A stretch of DNA of 61,497 nucleotides, filler included, from Dimorphilus gyrociliatus (Eukaryota > Animalia > Annelida): the NCBI GenBank assembly GCA_904063045.1. It is 3 parts of 3 records of this genome, joined end to end, with 100 filler letters (N's around TTAATTAATTAA, not from the genome) between each part and the next. Parts side by side here need not be neighbours in the genome. Positions count along the whole stretch, not along the records: positions 18,930 to 49,936 come from CAJFCJ010000134.1; 2 more parts are not named here. One strand, 5' to 3'. Every line of letters starts with the position of its first letter. Positions within the stretch are counted from its first letter, which is position 1. Below, in pieces: positions 36,839 to 47,600 of the stretch. Below the pieces are notes generated by a model that was given only the letters and a program-made list of their open reading frames with translations, ran no database searches and was not told the DNA's origin. Made by a program: the position numbers and the translations under genes.

Positions 36839-39800
36839 ATCTCCCCCGTCTCTTTCTCTCTCTATCTCTCTCTATCTTCCCCCCTCTCTCTCTCTATCTC
36901 TCTCTATCTTCCCCTCCTCTCTCTCTCTCTCTTTTCCTCTCTTTCTCTCTCTATCTCTCTTTATCTTTCCCCCCTCATTTAAGCAAAAACAAATTTTTTT
37001 TCAGATTTAGAATATGAATATATAGGAAAAAATCAGAATAGAACATTTGCATTCTTACACATGTTTAATAATATTAAAACTGAATATTTCATATTTTCAA
37101 AAATATTTGGAGTTTTTCCATTAGTTTTCAAGCAACTTGACCATTTGGAATATTATTGTAAAAGATTTTGCACAACTACTAACCACATCTACTATTTCAA
37201 TGCTTGCTATTATAAAACAATAGAAATAGGTGTATGTATAATAAAAGAAGGCAAAATTAACTGTAGCTATAGCAACCAATTTTAATAGCAACCAATATGG
37301 TTCTGCGTAACAACTGCTATAGAGATATACAATTGTGAATATATTGAAGGAGGTATAGGCCGAAATTTTTCAATGTTGGAACTTTCCTGTGTAAAAGGTG
37401 AACAAAAACGGAATGATTAACTAACATAAAATAACATTTTCATAATTTCTTTTCCTCTTTGAAGAGAAAAGCTTTCAATTGAAAACAAAAACATTTTCAA
37501 TGTTACCATGGAAACCACATTCATTAACAAATGTTTCCGGAGATTTTCAATTATATTGGAAAGGTTCTTGGAAAACTATCGTATTCATTCACAGACACGA
37601 ACACGAAATCATTTGTAAAAATTTTGGCTTCAACTATGCAAAAGTTTTAGGTTTGAAGAATGAGAAATTGTCAATTGGATACGGAGACCTTGAAATTATT
37701 TGTGGTAGAGAGGCTAAAAATCTGTCAGATTGTCAAATTGTAGAGAGAAGGTTAGAAAATGAATAATAGAGTAGTTTCTCCCCTTTTCAACACATTTTCT
37801 GTGTAGAAAGGAGAGTAAATAGTTTTTACTTAATTAATTCTTTTTCTCAACTCAGAGGCTATCGAGTTCAAAAATTAGAATTAATTTGTACAAAATTAGA
37901 AGAAAAGTCTTTTCTTTGTCCTGAGAAAAATTCTTACAAATACAATTTAAAGTGCTATTCGTTTTTCCACGAAAGTAACAAGAAGTCTCTCTCTATTTCA
38001 GAGATGGATGAAAAGTGTCAATCATTAAATATGACATTGGCTGATTTTCCAACAATTCATCCTGAGAAATTAATGTTTTTTTTTCAATCCTATTCCACTT
38101 ATAAATTGCTAAAAAGTGGAGAATATATGAACACATTTAACATTTACAATGGTAAAAACCACCTAACACTAACACTGACATTAACACTAATATTACCATA
38201 AACATTAAGATAAACATTACCATAACTACTAACATTAACATTAACATTAACACTAACAATAACATTAACATTAGGATTATTACTAACCCTAACACTAACA
38301 ATAACATTAACCCTAAATCTAACATAAACATTAGGATTATTACTACTTAATCTGACTAACCCTAAAACTAACACTAACACAAACACTAACAATAACACTA
38401 ACCCTAACACTAACACTAACAATAACCATTTAACTCTTCATTTTTCTCCTTTTTACAGTTTTGAGAAACATTGAATTTAAGCGGAAGAAAATTTATGTGA
38501 CGTCATCAAACATTTCCTATCTACTGATTCCATTATATATTCCATCAAACTTGCAAGTACCTTTTATAGATAACTGATTGGGTTACTATGGCTACCAAAT
38601 TTTTTATTTTATTAGATAAAAATGCAGAAAAAACTTTCAGAGAAGTATATAGATGTAGAGAAGGAGAAGCATTTGAAAGGGTCAATATATAGGCGCCATC
38701 TTTGGGAAACGATCCTTAATTTGCATACTAATCACGGAGATTGCGTGGAGTTTTCATTGGTAAAAATTTAAATAATAACTGATTTTATTGCAAAGGAAGA
38801 AGAAACGTTCAGTGATTGATTGATTTATTTAATTATTACACATTTCCTTCTAGGTTTTAGATGAAGATATATCGAGCAAAGTTTGGAAATACGACTACGG
38901 TACGAGTAGGACAATTGGAGTATCTTTCTCTCTCTCTCTCTCTCTCTCTACAGTTAATAATAGACGTTTATCTATTGTTCCAATATTTAGCTTGGAAGAA
39001 CAAAAGGGTTAGTTGTGAGCTAAAGGAAAAATATTACATTTGTCAAAAGTCAATTGGTATGAAAAAAAAAACAAAAAAATTATTTTTTTCTTCTTCTCTT
39101 CCAAAAATGATAAAAAAAAATTAACTGTTGGGTTTTGTTTTTTGTCTTTAAAAGATTTGGAGAAAATTTGGAATAATTTAAAGAATCATTTCAAAATTGC
39201 TCTATATCAAAATCAAACTGTTACAGATCAACAAAACAACAGTTATTTTTGCGAGTTGAGTGAAATATATATTAATATTGTTTATCTATGCGATGGCTTA
39301 TGGGATTGTAGGTTGGGAGAAGATGAAGAGAATTGCTCCTCCTCCGATCAGTTACCAAATCAATTTATTTGCTTTAATTCAACAACTGTTGAAATTAGTT
39401 ATACTTTACTTTGTGATTTTCACAATGATTGCCCCGATGGATCTGATGAAAAATTTTGCGGTGCGGTAGATAATTCTCTTTCTTTGTTGATTTCTTCCAT
39501 TAGACTTTCTCTTCTCTCCCTCATTTTTCAGCTAGAGATAGTTGTAAACATAGTTACGAAATGTATGAATAACAAGTTTGTTAACTAAATCCAGGTCAGT
39601 GTATTCCGTTCGTCTGTCTGTCTTTTAGACAATGCGCAAATAAACAATGCATCTACAAGAATGAAACGTGTGACGAGGTCATCAATTGTTTCGATGAAAG
39701 TGACGAAGAGTGCTTCTCTCCAGCTGCCATTTATCCCAGTTATATCAATAGTAGAACAGCAAATCACTTTCAAACATTTATAGATACAATCAACAAGATT

Positions 39801-42800
39801 TGCAATTTGCAGATTGTAGACTTGACTATCAATTGGAATGTAGAGGGAAATGCGTTCCATTATACGAAGAGTGCGATTATAAGCTCGACTGTGAAAGGGG
39901 AGAGGATGAAAGTCTAAATGTATGTCCCTACGAAATGGAAGAAGAGAACAAAGAGTGCTATTGGACTTATACAAGTCTTGGTAAAACTGACATAAGGCCT
40001 TCGTTTCCCTCCTACCACTTGCGGCATTGCAACAAGGAGGAAATATTTTGTTTTGATGGAGAATTTCATTGTAGGGAACCGAATTATTGCATTTCATTGG
40101 ATTTGGTTTGCGACGGAGTAAACCACTGTTACAACAACGAAGACGAATTATTTTGCGGTAGAGAAAAATAAAACCTCCTGTTTTCAATCAATCATTTCCT
40201 TTCGTTGATTTTTATAGAGGAGAAAATTCAGAGATTTTTATTCAAGTGTCGTCTAACTAGACAATTCCTACCATTAGATATGGTATGCAATGGAAGAATA
40301 GATTGTAAACTTGGTAGCGATGAACTATTCTGTTCCAATCATCTTTTCCCGCCCAACAATTGGTGTAAAAGTCAAATAGTTTACGAATACATTTGTAATT
40401 CTCCTCCAACGGAAAATTCTGAAAGTTTCTCCCACCCGATTATCACTTTGCACCTTTGGGATTATTCATTAAAAAAACTATCGATTTATGGACAATTATT
40501 CCATTTGAAAATTAAACTTTTCAACCCTAATTTAATTTCACTTCTTATCGCGAAGAATAGAAATTTTCGTATTCAATCATTAAAATTCATCCCAAATCTC
40601 CTCTCTCTCTCCTTAACAAACTGTAATATAAAGGAGGTAAAAGGATTAGCATTGAATTTATTACTACTGCAATATCTGGATATTTCCAATAATCATATAA
40701 ATCATATCATTGGATTAGCCGAATGGAAATGTTTCACTTTAATCTATTTAGATATTTCTAACAATCCTTTCGACTTCTTTCCTAACAATATGTCACTTTT
40801 TTCGCGATTAAAATCTCTCAAAATTTCAAACTGCAATTTAAAAAAAATTGGTGAAAATTCATTTAGTAAATTTTCCAGATTACTCCATTTGCATTTGAAT
40901 GGAACAAACTTTCCAGTTTTTAAAAGTCACCAAATTGTGAAGAATTTAATAAATATAAAGAAAGTTTACAATGACAAACTTCTATTGTGCTGTTTAATAT
41001 GGAAATTCATTCATTTGAATGTTACGTGTTTATCCACAAAATCAATTTTCAGCACTTGTTCCAATCTTTTAAGCTCAGCTTATATTAAAGCAATCTTTTG
41101 GTGTTTTGGCTTGTTTGGATTAATAGGAAATATTTCTACTTTGGCAACAATCATTAAATTAAAAGAGTTTTTTAAGGGTTATAGAGTATCATTAGTTTTA
41201 GGAGATTTATTAACTTCCTTCTATATGTTTAGTATTGCAATTGTTGATTTATATTATAAAAATAATTATATTGAAAATGATAAAAATTGGCGGGAAAGTG
41301 GATTTTGTCAATTTCTAGGATCAATGCTAACATTTTCAGTATTAATCTCCTTTTCTAGTCTTTTTCTAATGACTTTAGAAAGGCACCAAGCAATTGTCTA
41401 TACAAACAGTCATTCCATAGTGAAACAATACAACCACCTGTTAAAGCTTGTACTATTTCTAATCTGTTTTTCCTTATCATTTATTCAAACATTGTGGTTT
41501 AAGGTTTGTTTGTTTCTCTGTCTGTCTGTTTATTTATTTGTTTGTTTGTTTGTCTGTTTGTTTGTTTCTCTGTCTGTCTGTCTGTTTGTTTGTTTGTTGG
41601 TCTGTTTGTTTGTTTTTTTTTTTTGTTTCTTTGTCAATTTGTTTGTTTCTCTGTCTGTCTGTCTGTTTGTTTCTTTGTTTGTTTGTTTGTATGTTTTTTT
41701 CTTTTTTGTTTCTTTGTTTCTCTGTCTATCTGATTGTTTGTTTGTTTGTTTCTCTGTCTGGCTGTCTGTTTGTTTGTTTCTTTGTTTGTCTGTCCATCTG
41801 ATTGTTTCTTTGTTTCTTTGTTTGTCTGTCTGTCTGTCTGTTTATTTCTTTATTTGTTTGTTTTTTTTTTAATCCAATTACCATTTAACATGTTTTGCAT
41901 ATTTTTCTTTGCCTTTTTCTTCCAGAATTCATTCCAAAAGACTCCTATCTGCTTTTCCCTTTATATAAGAAGTGAAACAACTGATGGATGGATATTTTCC
42001 TTTCTAACATTCGGCTTGACATTATTAGCACTTAGCGTCATGATTTCTCTTTTGTACATAAAAATAACAATAGCCATTTGTCAATCTTTTCAAAAATTTA
42101 AAAATAACCTTATAGTGAAAAAGAATGCTAAAAAAGTGTTTAAAGTCATTTTCATACTAGTCATTTCTAATGTTATGTGTTCTTTACCTATTTCCATCCT
42201 TGGAATTTTGGCATTTTTTGTCCAAATTCATTTTTCCAATGACATTTATGCTCTTGTTGTTGCTGTATTATTCCCATTCACTTCCTGGTTAAATCCAATA
42301 TTGTATTCTTTAAATGATGTTTTAGATATTTCAAGATATAGACGGAATAAGAAGAGAATAAAAAAGTATATATATAACAGTTGGTCATTGAGATTAAATG
42401 TCCTTGACCTTTCACTATTGATCTTAACTAATTTATCATTTTTCATTAGTATTGAATTGATAGATTTGGTGAAATATAGAACAATAGATCAAGGTAATCT
42501 GTGACGCTTCCCTCATTCAAAACATAAAAATGAGGCAGCAAATTTTCTCATCTTTTCCTTTTTTTTTTGCAGTTTTGACAGTTCTTGAAAATAGTCATTT
42601 CATTATGTTGAATACGTTCTCCAATGAATTTTGCCAACAAATTGAACAAAAGTCGAATGATTTTTATGAAAAATGGGAATTTCAAAAAATGATAAAAGAT
42701 ATTGTAGAAGGAATTTCTCATTTCCATAAAGTTTCAATAACTTTTAAAAGTGATATTTCTTTTGAAAATATCTACTACAAGGTTAATATAACACAATACT

Positions 42801-42984
42801 TCATTTATTCATTCCTCCCTCCCTTTTTTTCTATTCTTAGACAAAGAAAAAAAGATATTTTTTTAAATTGAGAGAATTGATTTATTTAAAAAATGGCAAA
42901 GATAAAGAAGATATTTACTCTATAGGAAAAATTACAAGGAAATGTTTACAAAAATTTACAAGATATTGTGTTATTAAAAATTAA
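35490..42984 (+). CDS. GRL101/RXFP-like receptor, paralog 3: SP, SRCR-like, CTL-like, 6x LDLa, LRR, 7TM, kinase-like tail
   Basis: Signal MNYFLTNWTKFFWIFSLAKNC. SRCR-like GDFQLYWKGSWKTI...IICKNFGF...ICGREAKNLSDC. CTL-like CPEKNSYKYNLKCY...WKNKRVSCELKEKYYICQK. Six LDLa, LRRs, LCCLIWK, ERH, NPILY. Tail exons 42450-42493, 42573-42781 and 42841-42984. Confidence 0.85.
36309..36975. repeat. intronic CT-rich low-complexity microsatellite
   Basis: (CT)n/CTAT/CCCT mosaic between exons of paralog 3. Confidence 0.95.
38160..38425. repeat. intronic (TAACAC/TAACAT/TAACCC)n hexamer microsatellite
   Basis: Degenerate hexamer run inside an intron of paralog 3. Confidence 0.95.
41504..41870. repeat. intronic (TTTG/TCTG)n tetramer microsatellite
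   Basis: Begins at the GT donor after TLWFK and lies upstream of the acceptor near 41925. Confidence 0.95.
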
Positions 42985-43225
42985 TAAGAAATAAACAAAT
43001 AAACAAATAAACAATTTTAAATAAATTAGGGTTACAGGGGGGTTCCTTTTTAGTTGAGTATGCCAACTTGTATATATATGCCTAACTAATAATTTACTAA
43101 AGTCTTTTCATCTGCTGGCATCTGTAGGCTGAGATATTGGAGAAAGAAAATTAACGATTAAAAATTTTTTTCTGTTTTTTTGAATTTTTTTTTTTTTAAA
43201 TTGAACAATTTGAAGGTGTACTGTA

Positions 43226-43815
43226 CTTGCATCCCAAATTTCATTTTCATTTGCCATGGAGGGTAAACTTTCAATAACATCTCTGGCTCTTCCAGTAGTG
43301 TATTTTCTCAGCATTCGAACTCTTTTCTCTTCTGTATCCCAAAGGTTTAATTCACAAGCTGTTTGAAAGTTCCTCTTAAAGGCCCAAGTATCTTTGCTAC
43401 CAGAATAGGGTCTCAGCAAAGTAGTATTAGGTTTCTCATTAGCATCAATTAGAAGACTTGCAATTGTCTTTTCCAAAGCATTATCTTGAATGCCATTATA
43501 ACTGAATTCTGGTTGAGTAGGATCAGGATTAACCATACCTTCAGGAATTGTAGCTGCCCCAGTCATCAAATGGTACTTTAAAAAGCTATTACCATCCACT
43601 TTGGCTCCACTACTTTTAATTCTCAACATTAATTCATTAATTTTTGAAAGATACTCATCTACTTCCTTGGCTCTGGCTTTGTCATTCTCATAAACCAAAA
43701 TAACATTCATTGAAGTAGCATTGTGGGCTGTCGACTGCGCCATATTTGTACTTTGTTGTATTGTAATTGTAGGAAGTCCTAGCTCGTCACTATCAAATTC
43801 GTCCTCTCCAATCAT
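43226..43815 (-). pseudogene. gag: truncated gag (capsid N-terminal part) of a tandem element sharing the 43743-44685 LTR
   Basis: LRPYSGSKDTWAFKRNFQTACELNLWDTEEKRVRMLRKYTTGRARDVIESL is a typical retrotransposon CA motif. It follows LTR and PBS and breaks off near 43226. Confidence 0.8.
43728..43742 (-). promoter_or_regulatory. primer-binding site, tRNA-Ser-like
   Basis: TGGCGCAGTCGACAG directly after the LTR end; close to the complement of a eukaryotic tRNA-Ser 3' end (TGGCGTAGTCGGCAG). Confidence 0.75.
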
Positions 43816-44685
43816 TTACCAATGTGCCAAAGTACTGGTCCAAATAGAACCTTTCAAGTTCGTCCACAAGTAGTCTTAATAAATGTAATTCCAGTAAAAA
43901 TTAACCAACAAACACCAGTATTTCATTCAAAGAATATGTATTTGAGTAAATGAGCTTCTAGTTCTAAACAAGCTAGTTTAAACAACTAGCTGACGGTTAG
44001 AAAACTGAACTATCAACTGTTAATTTCGTAGGGTTTATATACTCTTTTAAGGGTTGATAGTTCACAAATTTCAATGTTCACAAAAACAAAAGTAACATTT
44101 AAAGACAAAGAAAAGTTCTAAATATGGTCATGTTTTTATTGTTTTCCTCTTCTAAATAATAGTTGAATTTCGAAGGTTGGAGAGTTGCATAAGATGTAAC
44201 AATTTTAGTAGGACAAGTCCAACAATCAAGAAAACATGTAGATTGTATATTTGACCGTTTTTATATTCTACCTTAATAATGATATTCAATTGATTGAGTT
44301 AGTAAATTTAGCATCAGCATATAAGGAGGAAGTATATCTGATTAATGCATGTTAAAAAGAACAGTATTGTGTATACAATACTGTTGAATAGTGAATATAA
44401 TCTAAACTTAGAATTTAAGCATAATTGACAATTAATTGAACTAGTTTTAGTTCGAAATCATAAATTTATGGATTAATAAATTGTAATATTAATGCTAGGT
44501 TGCAAATAGCAAATATTCTTTATATAATTCAATAGGTTTTATTACTGCATAATGTGTATGCACTGCCCTATGCGAAACTAGGTCACTACTGCTTATCTTT
44601 ATCAGTGCTATCTGCATAGTACAATACTGGTTCAATACTACTTCTCTATTGTAGAATATAGCTGACGAATGTATGTGTACAAACA
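43743..44685 (-). repeat. LTR (943 bp): 3' LTR of copy 2 and 5' LTR of the downstream truncated element
   Basis: TGTTTGTAC...GTACAAATA on the minus strand, preceded by the PPT and followed by the PBS. Confidence 0.9.
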
Positions 44686-44695
44686 TCCCACTCCT

Positions 44696-47600
44696 TTAAG
44701 ACCTTGCTTCCACGAAAGGTCTAGGACTTGTGACAATTATGTTATCACCACTTTTTCTGAACATAGGATAATTTTGCAGTTCTATTTCTTCTGATTCAGC
44801 TGTTGGAGCTGAAGGTAATCTTTTTGTTTTTGTCAGTAGTTTAGACAGTCTGGTAAATTGAACTCTTTTCAGTTTTTTCTTCCAAATAAAGTAGATGAAG
44901 AATCCAATTCCAATCAAGAGTATAATTGGCAGAAGTGTGTCTATTAGTATTTTGAAAGGTTTTCTTATCCATGAAGAAAATAGATGTTGTGTTGGTGACA
45001 AGGCTGCATCAATTCCTAAATCATTTGCAAAGTTAATATGCTCTCTATGCTTAGTCAAAGTATCCTGTATGTATTCCAAAACTTGTTGTATCTGATAATG
45101 TTTCTTGCCCACATCTTCTTTTATACCTAGTTGTAATAATTCTGTGAGTCTGACAACTTCTAGTTTTGGTTCTTCAATTTGACTGTTGATTTTCATTCTG
45201 ATTGATTGTGCTGCTGCTGTTTGGAACCTGCATCCTTTCCTTGTATAATAGATAAATGTCTTCTTGCCAGAATGTATGGCATATTGATTTTGTTCTGCAT
45301 CCAAAGGATTTTTCTTGATCTTGAAGAGATGCTGAGTTTGGTCACATGTACCATATCTTATGTCTTCTTTTGTGATGTGGTAAGCATGATGAAGTATTGG
45401 ATCAATTGAGAATAGGAGATCTTTATATTTGATCAGAAATTCTTTTGAACATAATCCATTTTTTGTTATAATTGTTGTGTCACAAACTACTTGAACAGTT
45501 TTTAATTCTGTACATGTATTGAGGGTTGTTAGATCTCCTAACCATGTACTATGGGTTCCATGTTTAGATCCAAGTATTGTTGGTAGTTGAGGTGATAGTG
45601 GTGTAAGTAGGGCTATCATCTTGTTTCTCATGATAAATTCTTTGCATAAAAGTTGTGAAACTTGTTTAAAAACTGTTTGTAAATTTTGAAAATTTTTGTC
45701 AATATTGTTTAGTAGTGCAGCTGTTCTTATAGCATCTTTTATATTTATTTGGTGTGATTCTGGAATCTCTATGTTTTCTAATTGTTTCCTCTTCCATTTG
45801 TGATTTATTGGTTTTCTTTGTAAAAGTGTATATTTGCCATTTTCTGTATGAATTTGAAATTGTGTATCTTTTGGGCTTTGATACCAAATGTTCATGTTTG
45901 GGAGTGGGTTGAAAGTAACTGGTTTTTTGTCCAATTCAAAATCTTGTGATCTTACTAGTCTGGCAGGTTTTAGCTTTGTTGTTTTCAGCATTTTTAGTAT
46001 GTACTTGTTGTGAATATCCCAGATGTCTGGAGAAATAATTTCTTTGACAAACCAAGTCCTCACTAATGGTGTTGCATGATTTTTTATCAGCATATGGTAG
46101 GTTTTGTCACCATCTCTATACCAATCATTATATGTTAAAATATCTTGTATTTCTGTGACATTGGCCTTTCTTAGTGATGATTTCTTTCCAATATATTTCT
46201 CCAATCTATTAACTTCTTTATTTGAAATGATCTTGTATTTTGTATCCTCTATTATTTTATTGTCAGCATAATTAGAATTTGTAAGATCAGTTCTAAGTAA
46301 GTCATATTCTTTCTGGGGTACCAATACTCTGGTACCAGGACCACCATATCCTTTGATATATCTGTCTTGGTAAGGTAAATCCATTATTGCATAGTTGGGG
46401 CAGGAAAAATATCCTCCAAGTTTTACACATTCCACATTATGGGAAACTATTTTCCATGGTGAAACATGGCCTAGAAGACTTTGGCCTTTTTCTGGATTAA
46501 ATATAATGATTGAATCCAAAGTTCTACAAAATTTTTGTTTAATAGAACAGTCTTCTAAATATTCCAAATTTGTGGTTATTTTATCTTGACTTGGATTCCA
46601 ATAAGCCTTGCCAATTTGAAGGATTGTTGTAAATTCTTCCACCACTGTGGTTCTTGGCCATTTGTAATTTGGTGCTTTGTTTTCATTATACATAAGAAGT
46701 TTGCCTTTTTCAATTAGGTTTTGTCCATTTAAGGTTTTGTGTGTGTATAGCATTGTTCTGCATTGTTTTTCACTTAAGGCAAGTGTTTGTTTTTCAATTC
46801 TGTGTTTCTTTGCTCCAAAAAAGTAATGAGTGTAGAAATTGATTCTTCTTTTCACTAAACACTTGACAGCTTGAATTGCCAAATTGTCAGCTTTAATTTC
46901 ATAGATGTTAGCTACAATTTTGATCATTTGTTTAGTTTCAAAGGTACATACTGGTTCATCTGCTAAATCAAATGATTGGTGTACTTGTTGTCCTTGACAA
47001 AACTGTACTGATGGTAGCATTCTTACAGTTATGTTTGCTTTTGTTATGGATACATTTGCTTGGACCAAGTTTAAACAGCATATTGCTAACAGTGTATAAA
47101 TTATTGATCCTCTGATAGGAAGCATTCCACCATTTGTTTGGTGTTTCCTTACTGTCACTGTGTTAACTGTTATAGGTTGTTTGTTAGCTAGTCTTAGTCT
47201 ACTAGCATGATAGAATTTTCTTTTATCTGCCAATATTTGTAATTCATACAAACATTTTGTAGTATCTGTAGCAGTTACAAGATATGGTCCACTCCATTTG
47301 CTTGTATTTATTCTGTTCATTCCTTGACCAATGTTTTCATTTCTTATGTGTACCCAATCACCAATTTTGTAAGTTGGAGGTTTTCTTGTAATAGCTTTAT
47401 TAACTCTATCTCTATATTCCTTCTTTTTTAGAACAGATTTGCAAAGTGCTGTTGCTCTAATTTCTTCAAGTTCATGTTTTCTATCAAATAAGAATTTTGT
47501 TGTTGGTTCTAATCTTGGAACTTCCATTAACAGGTCTAAAACATTTCTATTCTTCAATCCAAATAATATTTCATGTGGGGTTTTGCCAGTGCTTCCAACT

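Noticed and set aside
36121-37017. Long S/L-rich ORFs (298 aa and 176 aa)
   Set aside because: Read-through of an intronic CT microsatellite; only the first ~45 codons are exon.
38137-38422. Minus-strand L/V/M-rich hydrophobic ORFs
   Set aside because: Antisense translation of the TAACAC hexamer microsatellite.
41506-41872. V/C/L/F-rich ORFs resembling extra TM segments
   Set aside because: Translation of the intronic TTTG/TCTG repeat after the GT donor at ~41504.
43035-43225. Possible Tc1/mariner MITE (TA-CAG...CTG-TA) truncating gag
   Set aside because: The two ends share only CAG, so there is no real TIR pair.
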